Shown: positions 38,267-47,839, counted from the stretch's first letter. The stretch: DNA of 64,000 bases from Gammaproteobacteria bacterium (GCA_035524935.1 DATLFD010000003.1:766-64765), one strand, 5' to 3'. Numbers and translations are program-made. Notes: generated from the letters alone by a model not told the origin.

Positions 38267-40545
38267 GCGCGCGCTGGCGAATCGCCGCCTGGACCGTCGG
38301 CGCGCTCGTCGCGGCAGGGCTCATCGCGACCCGGCTCGAAATCACGGTCGATCTCGCCTACTTTCTGCCGCGGCCGGTGACGTTGCAGGAGCAGCTGCTC
38401 GTCGAGCGGCTGGGGCAGGGCCCCGGCTCGCAGCTCGTCTTCATCTCGGTCGACTGCGGGCCCGCACGGTGTGCCGAGGTCACCGCGCAGCTCGAGTCGC
38501 GGCTGCTCGAGAGCGGGTTGTTCTCGCAGGTCGCCGACGGTCACGACATGCCCGGCGTCGAGGCGGTACCGGCACCGATCCTCGAGAGCCGCTTCCTGCT
38601 GGCCGACATCGACGTCAGCGAGCGCGGACTGCGCCGTGCGCTAGAGGCGCGCCTCGCCGACATGGCGGTCTTTTCCGGCGCAGACATGCTCGCGCTGGTC
38701 GCCGCTGACCCGTATCTGACGGCGCTGGCGATCATGGAAAACCTGGCGCCCGCGGGGCTCGCGGACGAGGGCGCCTGGCGCAGCCCGGACGGCATGCGCG
38801 CCTACCTCGTGGCGCGCACCGAGGCGCCCGCCTTCGAAATCGGGGCACAACAGGCTGCCATGGAGGCCATCCGCGCCGCGGTCCTCGACCTGACCGGCGA
38901 GCCGCCGGAGCTGCACGGCGTCGGTGTTTACGGTGTAGCGTTGCAACGAACGATTCGTTCCGAGGCGGAGTTCAGGAGCGCGCTGGCCGCGGCAGCGATA
39001 GCGCTCGTGTTGCTCGCGGCTTACCGGCGGCCGAGCGTGCTCGTCATCGTCGGCGTGCCGCTCGCGATCGGCTGCCTGGCCGGGCTGGCCGCCGTGGCGG
39101 TCGGCTTCGAGGCCGTGCACGGCATCACGCTGGCTTTCGGATTCACATTGTTCGGCGTGGCCGTCGACTACCCGCTGCACGCGCTGAGCCACATGCGCGG
39201 CGGCGAGCGCGGCGAAACGCTCGAGTCCATCTGGCCGACGCTGCGGCTCGGCGCGCTCACAACCGTCATCGGTTACGCGGCAATCGCCGCCTCGGGATCC
39301 CGCGGCCTCGCGCAGCTCGGCTGCTTCTCGGCGGTCGGCGTCACGGCCGCGCTGTTTGCGACCCGCTCGCTGATTCCCGATCTGGTGACGCGCTTCGCAA
39401 CAGGTCGGCCTGCGGCCGGCGGGCTCTCCGCGGTGCAACGACCCGTTTTCCGCCACCGCGTGTGGATCGGCGTGCTCGCGGCCGGCGCCGGGCTGCTCGC
39501 CGTGCAGGATCGGATCTGGAGCAACGATCTCGCGAGCCTGACGCCGCTGCCGGCCGAGACGCTCGCCGAGGATCGGGCCCTGCGTCAGGCGCTCGGTGCG
39601 CCCGACATCCGCTTCCTCGCGGCGACAGTCGCCGACAGCGAGGAAGCCGTGCTGCGGGAGACCGAGCGCCTGGGCGTGCTGCTCGATGCAGCGGCCGAGG
39701 CCGGCGAGCTCGCCGCCTTTCAGCAGGTGACCGATGTACTGCCCAGCCGCGCGACGCAGGCGCGGCGCGCGGCGCGCCTCGCCGACGTGGAGGAGATCGA
39801 GGCGCGCCTGCGTGCGGCGGCCGCAGGCACGCCGCTCGCTCCCGGTGCCTTCGCGCCGTTCGTGGAGGGGTTGCGCCGCACGGCGGAAAAGCCGCCCTTT
39901 GTCACCGCGCGCTCGTTCGAGGGCACCGCGCTCGAGGACTTCGTGTCGGGCAAGTTGTATGACAACGGGGAGCGATGGGTCTCGCTCGCGACCCTGCATG
40001 GGGTGCGTGAGCCCGCCCGCCTGGGGGCGCGGCTCGACGAACGAGCACCGGCCGCAACCCTCGTCGATCTCGGAGCGGCGTCGGAATCGCTCGTCGCCCG
40101 CTATCGGCTGCGCGTGCTCGAGGTACTCGGCCTGGCCCTGTTGGCTATCGGATTGCTGCTGCTCTGGCGCGTCGGATGGGGTGCGCGGCTCGCATGGATC
40201 GGGGGGACCCTGGCGGCCGCGCTGGTCATGACCGTCGCGCTCGCCGCGCTTGCGCTCGGCAGCCTGTCCCTGTTCAACCTGATCGCCATCGTGCTGGTCG
40301 CGGGACTCGGTTTCGACTACGCGTTGTTCTTCAGCCGCACCGAGCATGGTGGCGGGGCGCTGCGCGACACACGCCACGCGCTGCTCGTGTGCGCCGTGTC
40401 CACGCTGGCCGCGTTCGGCGTGCTCGCGTTCTCGTCGGTGCCGATCCTGCGCGGCATCGGCATCTGCGTGGCGCTCGGGGTGACGCTGTGCTATGGCGTG
40501 GCGCAGCTCGGCCTGGCGCAGCGTTCCGCGGAGCCCGCGCCCTAG
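38263..40545 (+). CDS. MMPL/RND-family exporter (start uncertain: CTG 38263 coupled to upstream stop, or TTG 38113)
   Basis: About 760-810 aa, with two blocks of TM helices separated by periplasmic domains (YRRPSVLVIVGVPLAIGCLAGL...; LLWRVGWGARLAWIGGTLAAALVM...). The first TM helix begins right at 38263 (LSARWRIAAWTVGALVAAGLI). Confidence 0.8.
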   Translation: MSARWRIAAWTVGALVAAGLIATRLEITVDLAYFLPRPVTLQEQLLVERLGQGPGSQLVFISVDCGPARCAEVTAQLESRLLESGLFSQVADGHDMPGVEAVPAPILESRFLLADIDVSERGLRRALEARLADMAVFSGADMLALVAADPYLTALAIMENLAPAGLADEGAWRSPDGMRAYLVARTEAPAFEIGAQQAAMEAIRAAVLDLTGEPPELHGVGVYGVALQRTIRSEAEFRSALAAAAIALVLLAAYRRPSVLVIVGVPLAIGCLAGLAAVAVGFEAVHGITLAFGFTLFGVAVDYPLHALSHMRGGERGETLESIWPTLRLGALTTVIGYAAIAASGSRGLAQLGCFSAVGVTAALFATRSLIPDLVTRFATGRPAAGGLSAVQRPVFRHRVWIGVLAAGAGLLAVQDRIWSNDLASLTPLPAETLAEDRALRQALGAPDIRFLAATVADSEEAVLRETERLGVLLDAAAEAGELAAFQQVTDVLPSRATQARRAARLADVEEIEARLRAAAAGTPLAPGAFAPFVEGLRRTAEKPPFVTARSFEGTALEDFVSGKLYDNGERWVSLATLHGVREPARLGARLDERAPAATLVDLGAASESLVARYRLRVLEVLGLALLAIGLLLLWRVGWGARLAWIGGTLAAALVMTVALAALALGSLSLFNLIAIVLVAGLGFDYALFFSRTEHGGGALRDTRHALLVCAVSTLAAFGVLAFSSVPILRGIGICVALGVTLCYGVAQLGLAQRSAEPAP

Positions 40546-40549
40546 GACA

Positions 40550-42118
40550 CTAGACGGAGCCGGCTTCGACGCTGCTCATGGCCGCCGGCAGCGGCAGCTC
40601 GTCGAAGCTCGCCGCGAGGAGCCCGCGCAGGCTGCCGGCGAGCCGTTCGAGCCTCGCCACGTTGTCCCGCAGCCGCTCGCCGGTCGACGTGCCGTTGTCG
40701 CTCACGAGCTGCTGCTTGAGCTCGTAGAACCATGGCACGGCGCAGTGGTCGACGAAGCGGCCCTCGGCCGGCAGGCAGCGCCGGCGCGCTGCCGCTTTCT
40801 CGAAGCTTTTCTGCATCTGGCGGTTCAGCCTCAGGGCCAGCAGCAGGTCCTGCTCAGCGGTCCTGAGAAAAGCCACGTCCGTGAGCCGCTGCTCGAAGAA
40901 CAGCTTGGCGAGCACTGCCCAGTAATAGGCGTAGTCCCACACCGACTTCAGCGCCATGAGATCGCGGTCGCCGAAACCCGGGTACTGGTTGGTGAAAAGC
41001 GACAGCGTGCTCGAGAAGAACGAGAAATAGAGCCGCTGAAAGAATTGCGCGCGCATCGGAAGGTCGTGCACGTCACCTAGTATGAGGTCCGCGATCAGCG
41101 TGTTGCCGATGCCGATGAAGTCACTGCCCGGCGAGTAGAACGGATCGGAGAAAACCCCGGCTTCGCCGGTCAGCGCCCAGCGGTGCGCTGAAAATACCTG
41201 CCGGCAGCCGTGCGGATAGCCGCGCAGAAAGCGGAAATCCATGATGCTGTCACGACGGGCGCGGACCGCTGCGGCCGCCAGCGGCTGGTGCTCGTCGAGC
41301 CAGCCGAGCAGTCCATCGAGTTTGCCGACCCGGGCGAGCGAGTGCAGCCGCGGGTCGAAAACGAGCCCTACGCTGGTCGCCCCCGAAGCGAGCGGGATGA
41401 ACCAGACCCAGTAGCCGGGGCCCATCAGATGGTTGGTGCTGAGCCGCCGCGGCCAGTTACCGCAGCGCGCCTGCCAGTCTTCGGCTTCGCTCCAGGTGCC
41501 GATGTCGATCGGTTCGGCGGTGCGCAGCCAGACGGCACAATTGCGATGCGCGGTCACTCTCTCGAGGCCGAGCTCGCGCTTGATCACGCCGCGTCGGCCG
41601 GTCGCGTCGACGATCCAGCCCGCGCGCACGCTGCGCGCGCCCGCATCGGTGCGAATCACGGCGCAGTGCGTGCCGCCCGAGTCCGACAGCTCGACCTGCT
41701 GCACGCCGGCGCCGTCGACGAGCTCCACGCCGACGGCCCGCGCGCGCTCCGCGAGGTGGTTCTCGAACAGGCCGCGATCGAGCTGGTAGCTCCTCACCGG
41801 CAGCAGCTCGCTCGGGCCGATCTCGTCGTATCCGGCGAGGTCCATGCCGGGGCTCGGCCCGCCGAAGAAGAAGCGCAGGCCGAACTTGAGCAGCTGTTTC
41901 TCCTCGAGATGCCGCTCGAGCCCGAGCACCTTGGCGAAATAATGCGCGCCGATCTCGACGGTCGATTCACCGACCTTGTGGGCTGCGACCGGTACCGGGA
42001 ACCGGGAGCGCTCGATGACCGCCACGTCGAGCCCGGGCCGCCGGAGCTTGAGCTGGAGCGCGAGCGTGAGGCCGGCGAGGCCGCCGCCGAGAATCAGGAT
42101 ATCGTGATCATCGCGCAT
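40550..42118 (-). CDS. flavin-dependent halogenase-like FAD oxidoreductase (second paralogue)
   Basis: DILILGGGLAGLTLAL (GxGxxG), YWVWFIPL (WxWxIP) and FSDPFYSPG (FxDPxxSxG). Confidence 0.8.
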   Translation of the reverse strand: MRDDHDILILGGGLAGLTLALQLKLRRPGLDVAVIERSRFPVPVAAHKVGESTVEIGAHYFAKVLGLERHLEEKQLLKFGLRFFFGGPSPGMDLAGYDEIGPSELLPVRSYQLDRGLFENHLAERARAVGVELVDGAGVQQVELSDSGGTHCAVIRTDAGARSVRAGWIVDATGRRGVIKRELGLERVTAHRNCAVWLRTAEPIDIGTWSEAEDWQARCGNWPRRLSTNHLMGPGYWVWFIPLASGATSVGLVFDPRLHSLARVGKLDGLLGWLDEHQPLAAAAVRARRDSIMDFRFLRGYPHGCRQVFSAHRWALTGEAGVFSDPFYSPGSDFIGIGNTLIADLILGDVHDLPMRAQFFQRLYFSFFSSTLSLFTNQYPGFGDRDLMALKSVWDYAYYWAVLAKLFFEQRLTDVAFLRTAEQDLLLALRLNRQMQKSFEKAAARRRCLPAEGRFVDHCAVPWFYELKQQLVSDNGTSTGERLRDNVARLERLAGSLRGLLAASFDELPLPAAMSSVEAGSV

Positions 42119-42119
42119 A

Positions 42120-42923
42120 TCAGTGAAAGGATCCCGTGGCGAGCGAGACGCTCAGGTGGCAGGCCGCTCCGAGCGGCCAGCGCAGCGTGGCTGCGCGGTC
42201 CCGGGTCAGGGCTTCGAGCAGCGGCAGACAGTACGCGGACGGATTCGCCGCCGCAAGGGCGCGCAGGGTCGCGCTGCGCGGGGCCGGCGCCTCCGCGCAG
42301 CCGCTCGCGCAGCCGATCTCGACGGCGCGCGCGCGCGCGGCTGTCGCGTCCGGTTCGAGCACCAGCGCGGCGGCGAACGGCTCGGCGATCGCGCGGATGT
42401 CCGCTAAAGGCGGCCCGTTGGCGATGTCGTAGGCGGCGAGGAGCACCGGCAGCCTTTCAGAAGCGCAGAGCGTCGCCGCCTCGAGCAGCGCGGCGGCGAA
42501 CGCATGGTGGAAGTCGCCGGCAAAGCTGCTGGGCGCGCGGTTGCCGGCGCTGATCGACCAGTAGCCTGACGGCGCGTTATGCACGGAGTTGTGAAACTTC
42601 GTCGGCGAAAGCAGCTTCGCCGGCCCGGCGAGCGCGCGACACAGATAGTCGGTGATGTCAGTGTCGCCCATTGTCGAGGTGAACACCGAGGCGATGGCGC
42701 CCTTGTCCGCGCCGGCCATGTCGCAGGCCTGGTGCGCGACCTCGACGGCGAGCTTGACCGGCAACGGTGCCCGCCGGCGCTCGCGCGCGGGAATCGCTGC
42801 CGGCTCAGGGGCGAGGAAGCCGCCATCGCGCAGCGGAAAACCCTGCGCGGCGAGGCGCTCGAAGTCGCGCCAGTTGCGTAGGCCGCGGGCGTACAGGCCC
42901 ACGCCGGAAATACCGAGCCTCAT
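42120..42923 (-). CDS. beta-ketoacyl synthase chain-length-factor-like protein
   Basis: 267 aa, coupled by overlap to the upstream KS. It is KS-like (SPTKFHNSVHNAPSGYWSI) but I see no GPxxTxxTACSS-type active-site cysteine block, as in aryl-polyene CLFs. Confidence 0.7.
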   Translation of the reverse strand: MRLGISGVGLYARGLRNWRDFERLAAQGFPLRDGGFLAPEPAAIPARERRRAPLPVKLAVEVAHQACDMAGADKGAIASVFTSTMGDTDITDYLCRALAGPAKLLSPTKFHNSVHNAPSGYWSISAGNRAPSSFAGDFHHAFAAALLEAATLCASERLPVLLAAYDIANGPPLADIRAIAEPFAAALVLEPDATAARARAVEIGCASGCAEAPAPRSATLRALAAANPSAYCLPLLEALTRDRAATLRWPLGAACHLSVSLATGSFH

Positions 42924-44116
42924 GACGCGAGGCGATCGAAGATCAGGCTGCAGTTATTGCCGCCGAAGCCGAAGGAATTCGACATCGCCCGCTCGAGCGG
43001 CGCGCGCCGGCCCTCGAGCAGCACACCGGCGCCGCAGGCGGGATCCGGCGAGCGCGTGTTGACGGTGCCGGGCGCAAAACCGCGGGCGAGCGCGTGCATC
43101 GCGAAGATCGCCTCCGTGATGCCGGCCGCGCCGAGCGTATGCCCGGTCCAGCCCTTGGTCGCGCTCCTCAGGGTCGAGGGCGGAAACAGCCGCGTGCACA
43201 GGCTGCCCTCGATGACGTCGTTCGAGCGCGTGCCGGTGCCGTGCAGGTTCAGGTAGTCGATGTCGGCGAACGAGAGCCCGCTGCGCTCGATCGCCGCCCG
43301 CATCGCGAGCTCGGCGCCGAGGCCCTCGGGATGGGCGCTCGACATGTGGTAGGCGTCGGTGCTTTCGCCATAGCCGAGCAGCCGCACGTCGCCGTCCTGC
43401 GGCTCGCGCGTCAGCAGCGCGAAGCCCGCCGCTTCGCCGAGGCTGATGCCGTCACGCTCGAGGTCGAACGGCCGGCAGGGTTGCGACGAAACGAGCTGCA
43501 GCGAGTGGAACCCGTAAATGACGCTCAGGCACAGGCTGTCGACGCCGCCCGCGACCACGGCGTCGGCCACGCCGCACTCGAGCCAGCGTGCGGCGCTCGC
43601 GAACACCTTCGCGCTTGACGAGCAGGCGGTGCTGATGGTCACGGCCGGCCCGCCGAGGCCGAGGCTGGCCGCGACGAATGCGCTCGCCGAGTGGGGGTTG
43701 TGCACCTCGGGCTGGCGGAACGCCGGCCGGAAACGGCCGTCGGCGCCGAGGTCGCTGTAGGCCGCCTCGGTGCGGCCGATGCTCGACGTGCTCGTGCCGA
43801 TGACGACCCCGCAGCGATCGGCGCCGTAACGGTCGACCGCAGCGCGCACGCGCGCCGGGAAGCCGTCCTGCTCGAGGCCGAGCCGCGCAAGTCGATTGTT
43901 GCGGCAGCGCCAGCGCGGCTCGATATCGTCTGCGAAGCCATCGTCGAGCGCGGTGACGCGCCCGAGCCAGGTGCCGAGGCCGCAGCCCGGCCATGCCGCG
44001 TCGCTCAACCCGCTCCGTCCGTTCGCGAACGCTTCGTCGATGGTGGCGAGCCCGGCGCCCAAAGCAGTGGTGAGCGTATAGGCGCTGACGGCGGCCGGAC
44101 TCATGGGCGGGCTCAT
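42920..44116 (-). CDS. beta-ketoacyl-ACP synthase (aryl-polyene KS)
   Basis: Start is ATG 44116 or 44104. GPAVTISTACSSS holds the active-site Cys. HGTGT and GHTLGAAG hold the His residues. Confidence 0.85.
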   Translation of the reverse strand: MSPPMSPAAVSAYTLTTALGAGLATIDEAFANGRSGLSDAAWPGCGLGTWLGRVTALDDGFADDIEPRWRCRNNRLARLGLEQDGFPARVRAAVDRYGADRCGVVIGTSTSSIGRTEAAYSDLGADGRFRPAFRQPEVHNPHSASAFVAASLGLGGPAVTISTACSSSAKVFASAARWLECGVADAVVAGGVDSLCLSVIYGFHSLQLVSSQPCRPFDLERDGISLGEAAGFALLTREPQDGDVRLLGYGESTDAYHMSSAHPEGLGAELAMRAAIERSGLSFADIDYLNLHGTGTRSNDVIEGSLCTRLFPPSTLRSATKGWTGHTLGAAGITEAIFAMHALARGFAPGTVNTRSPDPACGAGVLLEGRRAPLERAMSNSFGFGGNNCSLIFDRLAS

Positions 44117-44129
44117 GGGCGTCGACAAG

Positions 44130-44855
44130 CTAGCACAAGGGGGGATGCCGGGCGACCGCCGGCGCGGCGAGCGTCCCCGCGACGGCCTCGTGTGCCACGA
44201 GCCGCGCGGCCTCGCCATGCCGGCCCCAGGCGGCGACGGCGAGCAGGCGCATCCGCGGAGCGCGCCGGCCGAGCGACACCACCGTCAGCCAGAAGCGGTC
44301 CGGGCACAGCCAGCTCTGCGCGAAGCCGCCTGCGGCTGCGGCCGTGCCCGGCACACCGGGCGGCAATGCATGTGCGAGCGCGGCGAAGAGCGCGCGCTGC
44401 GGCTCGCCGGAGCCGCCGGGCAGCTTGAGCGTCGCTTCCCAGAGGGTCCAGAGCTGGTAGAACCGGTTGCACGTCAGCGCCGTGTCCGTGCAGGACGCGG
44501 GCCACGGGAGCTGCCGAGCGAGGTCGGTGAAGCGCCGCTCGCGTGTGACTTCGACGTCGACTGCGAGGGCCGTGCAGCCCGAGGCGGCCGCGGCGAGAAA
44601 TCCGCCGGAATGCGTCAGGCTCACCTCGAGGTGGCCCGCGTCCGGCGGCGCGCCGCACGCGAACGGGCGGCCGGATGCATCGCGGCCGATGCGCCACAAA
44701 CGCGCGCCCGCACCGCTCGCGTCGTCGAGCGCGATGCGCATCAAACGCTCGCCGAGGCGCGCCCGCAGCTTCTGGCGCTGAGCGTTCGCCCGCCCGTCCG
44801 GGCCGCGCTCGAGCCTGTCGTCGCGCGCGATGACGAGCGAGACCGTGTCCGCCAT
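44130..44855 (-). CDS. 4'-phosphopantetheinyl transferase
   Basis: LEVSLTHSGGFLAAA, AVDVE and FYQLWTLWEATLKL (W/F-x-x-KEA-x-x-K-like) motifs. Confidence 0.7.
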   Translation of the reverse strand: MADTVSLVIARDDRLERGPDGRANAQRQKLRARLGERLMRIALDDASGAGARLWRIGRDASGRPFACGAPPDAGHLEVSLTHSGGFLAAAASGCTALAVDVEVTRERRFTDLARQLPWPASCTDTALTCNRFYQLWTLWEATLKLPGGSGEPQRALFAALAHALPPGVPGTAAAAGGFAQSWLCPDRFWLTVVSLGRRAPRMRLLAVAAWGRHGEAARLVAHEAVAGTLAAPAVARHPPLC

Positions 44856-45003
44856 TTAAAGCAGTTCCGTTGCCGGGAGGTGTTCGGAATATAGCGCGGG
44901 CGCGCACGGGTGATACAATCCCGGCGGTCACGAAGACGCTCAGCCACCGCCTCAGGCGCCGTCCGCTGGACGCCTGCGAGAGACCGAGACTATCCAAAGA
45001 TCA

Positions 45004-45822
45004 ATGGCGGATGCACCGGCCGGTCGCGCGGTTTCGCCGCACCGGCATGCGGCGGTTGCGGATCTCGGCTGGCGCTGGATCGGCACTGCGCTGTCGTATG
45101 CCGTGTTCGGCCTGGGCAGCGTGGTGCTCGGCCTCGTCGCCGTGCCGCTGGTCACCGTCGCGATCCGCGATACTCCGCGCAGGGTCGCGTGCGTGCGCTC
45201 GCTGATCGGTGGCGCCATGCGGTTCTTCATCCGCTTCGCGCACGGGATCCGACTCATGGACTGGCATTGCGAGGGGCTCGAGCGGGCGCGCGCCGGCGAG
45301 AGCTACCTCATCGTGGCCAATCATCCGACCCTGATCGACGCCGTGTTCCTGCTCGCGCAGTTCCCGCAGGCCGACTGCGTGGTCAAGGCCGGCATGGTCC
45401 GTAACCCGTTCACACGCCAGCTGGTGCGTGCGGCCGATTACATTCCGAACGCGGATCCGGTGGCGTTGCTCGAGACGTCCGTCGAGCGGCTCGTGGCCGG
45501 CCGTTCCCTGATTCTGTTCCCGGAGGGCACGCGCACCGCGCCCGGCCGGCTGCCGGCGCTCAAGCCCGGCGCCGCAGCAGTCGCCGTGCGCTCCGGGCGC
45601 CGCTGCCTGCCGGTCGTCATCCGCTGCGAGCCCCCGACACTGAGCAAGTCCGACCCCTGGTACCGTATCCCGCGGCGGCGGCCGCACTTCTCCCTTGCCG
45701 TGCAGCCTCCAGTGGCGCCGTCCGCGGTCCTCGACGAAACGCTCGAGTCGCGCTACGCGCACCGCGCGTTCAATGCCTGGCTCGAGGCGTACTTCGCCGC
45801 ACGCCTCGAGGGTGTGCGCTGA
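45004..45822 (+). CDS. PlsC-type lysophospholipid acyltransferase
   Basis: VANHPTLIDAV (H(X)4D) and LFPEGTRT motifs. Its stop overlaps the ACP start. Confidence 0.8.
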   Translation: MADAPAGRAVSPHRHAAVADLGWRWIGTALSYAVFGLGSVVLGLVAVPLVTVAIRDTPRRVACVRSLIGGAMRFFIRFAHGIRLMDWHCEGLERARAGESYLIVANHPTLIDAVFLLAQFPQADCVVKAGMVRNPFTRQLVRAADYIPNADPVALLETSVERLVAGRSLILFPEGTRTAPGRLPALKPGAAAVAVRSGRRCLPVVIRCEPPTLSKSDPWYRIPRRRPHFSLAVQPPVAPSAVLDETLESRYAHRAFNAWLEAYFAARLEGVR

Positions 45823-46064
45823 TGGACGCAGCCGGGGGCGACCCGCTCGAGCGCCTGCGGGAGGTGCTCGCGGAGCGCTTCGGCATCGACCGGGCGGCCG
45901 TCGTCGACGATGCGCGGCTGTACGAGGATCTCGATCTCGACAGTATCGACGCGGTCGACCTGATCGTCCGGCTCCGCGAGCTCACGGGCAAGACCGTGCC
46001 GCCGCAGGCATTCCGGTCGGTGCGCACCGTGGGCGACGTCGTGCGCGTGCTCCGCTCGCTGTGA
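45822..46064 (+). CDS. acyl carrier protein (second ACP of the cluster)
   Basis: 80 aa, with LYEDLDLDSIDAVDLIVRL (DSxD Ser motif). Confidence 0.85.
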   Translation: MDAAGGDPLERLREVLAERFGIDRAAVVDDARLYEDLDLDSIDAVDLIVRLRELTGKTVPPQAFRSVRTVGDVVRVLRSL

Positions 46065-46639
46065 GCCGCCTGCCCGCGGGCGCGGCCGGCGGGGCGCTGG
46101 TGCTCGCGGCGCTGCTCGCGTATCCGGTGGTCGTCTATTTCCTGCTCGAGCCGCTCGGCGCCGGCTGGCTCGGCGTGGTGCTGATCGGCCTGCTCGTGCT
46201 GCGCGCGGGCTTCGCCGCGCCGCGCACCGCCCGTTTCGCGGCGCTGACCGGGGCGGGCGCCGCGTACCTGGCATTGCTCGCAGCCGCGGACCGCGAGCTG
46301 ATCCTCAAGCTGTACCCGGCGCTGGCAAGCCTCGCCATGCTCGCCGCGTTCGCCTGGACGCTGTTGCGTCCGCCGTCGATGATCGAGCGCCTCGCCCGGT
46401 GGTTCGGCATGAGCGTGAGCCCGCAGGGCATCACGTACATGCGCGCGGTAACGCGCCTGTGGTGCGCGTTCTTCGCGCTCAACGCGATAGTGTCCCTGGC
46501 CGTGACCCTGGGCGGCTCGCTGCGGGCCTGGGCTTTCTACAACGGCTTCCTGTCCTATCTGCTGAGCGGAGCCCTGTTCGCGGGCGAGTACCTCTACCGG
46601 CAATCGTACCGGCGGCGGGTGCATCAGGACGGTGCGTGA
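46061..46639 (+). CDS. integral membrane protein of the aryl-polyene cluster
   Basis: GTG 46061 overlaps the ACP stop (GTGA). About 5 hydrophobic helices (ALVLAALLAYPVVVYFLL..., WLGVVLIGLLVL...). Confidence 0.6.
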   Translation: MSRLPAGAAGGALVLAALLAYPVVVYFLLEPLGAGWLGVVLIGLLVLRAGFAAPRTARFAALTGAGAAYLALLAAADRELILKLYPALASLAMLAAFAWTLLRPPSMIERLARWFGMSVSPQGITYMRAVTRLWCAFFALNAIVSLAVTLGGSLRAWAFYNGFLSYLLSGALFAGEYLYRQSYRRRVHQDGA

Positions 46640-47280
46640 TGCTGGAGACTCCGCCCTGGTGCGGCCGGGGGCCGCTGCTCAGCCGGCCGCCGCTCCTCTA
46701 TGCGGCCCGGACGGGCGTCGCGGCGACGCTTGTTGCGGCGCTCAGCGAAACCGGACGGCAGGCCGCGTTCGAGCACGGCATCGCGGCCTGCGCGACGCTC
46801 GTCGCCGCGCAATGCCTGGACGAGCGTGCGGCCGCAGGCCGCGAGGTCCACTGGTATTTCGTCGAGCGGGCGCTGATTGCCGATCTCGCCGCGCTCGACG
46901 CGCACCTCGCAACCGTGCTCGCGTCCGGCCACGCACCGCGACAGCCCAACGTGCTCGATCGCACCGAGCGTGGGGACCGCGCGGAATACCTGCTGCAGGT
47001 GCCGCGCGATCTCGTCTGGTTCGACGGCCATTTTCCCGGCGCCCCCGTGCTGCCGGGCGTTGTGCAGGCCGACTGGGCCATCTACCATGGGCGCGCGCTC
47101 GGCTTCGGCCCCGACCGGTTTCGCGGCTTCCCCCGCCTCAAATTCAAGGCCGTGATCCGCCCGGACGCCGTATTGCGGCTTGCATTGCGCCGGCGCAGCG
47201 AAAATCGCCTCGAGTTCTCGTATGCGTCCGCGGCCGCGCTGCATTCTGCGGGCAGCATCGAATACGCCGGGCGCGCATGA
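46639..47280 (+). CDS. FabA/FabZ-like hot-dog dehydratase with an N-terminal extension
   Basis: Its ATG overlaps the upstream stop. WFDGHFPGAPVLPGVVQ is the FabZ-type HFPxxPxxPG catalytic motif. Confidence 0.7.
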   Translation: MLETPPWCGRGPLLSRPPLLYAARTGVAATLVAALSETGRQAAFEHGIAACATLVAAQCLDERAAAGREVHWYFVERALIADLAALDAHLATVLASGHAPRQPNVLDRTERGDRAEYLLQVPRDLVWFDGHFPGAPVLPGVVQADWAIYHGRALGFGPDRFRGFPRLKFKAVIRPDAVLRLALRRRSENRLEFSYASAAALHSAGSIEYAGRA

Positions 47281-47374
47281 TCATGAGCAAGGTGGACATC
47301 AGCTTCACGCACCGGCGGCTGCCGCGACTGCTGCCCGGGCCGGCGGCACCCGCGCCCGCCGGCGGCGCGCCGCA

Positions 47375-47839
47375 GTGAGGGTCGATGCCCCGGCGGCGCT
47401 GATCGCGCCTGCCGTTCTGCTCGAGGCGAAGGTGTCGCTCAAGGTCCCGTACCAGGACGCCGATCCGGCAGGGGTGGTCTGGCACGGCAATTACTTCCGC
47501 TACTTCGACGCGGCGCGCTGCGCGCTGCTCGAGACCATCGACTACGGCTACCGCCGCATGCAGGAGTCGGGCTATCTGTGGCCGATCATCGACACGCGCG
47601 TGCGTTTTGCACGGCCGATCCGTTACGAACAGGTCATCGAAGTCACGGCCGGGCTTCTGGAATGGGAGTACCGGCTCAAGATCGCCTACGAGATCCGCGA
47701 CGAGTCCGGCGAACGCCTGACACGCGCCTACACCGTGCAGGTGGCGGTCGACGGCCGCAGCGGCACGCTCTGCCTGGGCGCGCCGGATGCGCTCGTGCAA
47801 CGGCTGGAGGCGCGCGGGCTGGCCGGGGGCTGCCGATGA
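47375..47839 (+). CDS. 4HBT/YbgC-type acyl-thioesterase
   Basis: GTG 47375. VPYQDADPAGVVWHGNYFRYFDAAR is the YbgC/4HBT catalytic-Asp motif. Confidence 0.75.
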   Translation: MRVDAPAALIAPAVLLEAKVSLKVPYQDADPAGVVWHGNYFRYFDAARCALLETIDYGYRRMQESGYLWPIIDTRVRFARPIRYEQVIEVTAGLLEWEYRLKIAYEIRDESGERLTRAYTVQVAVDGRSGTLCLGAPDALVQRLEARGLAGGCR

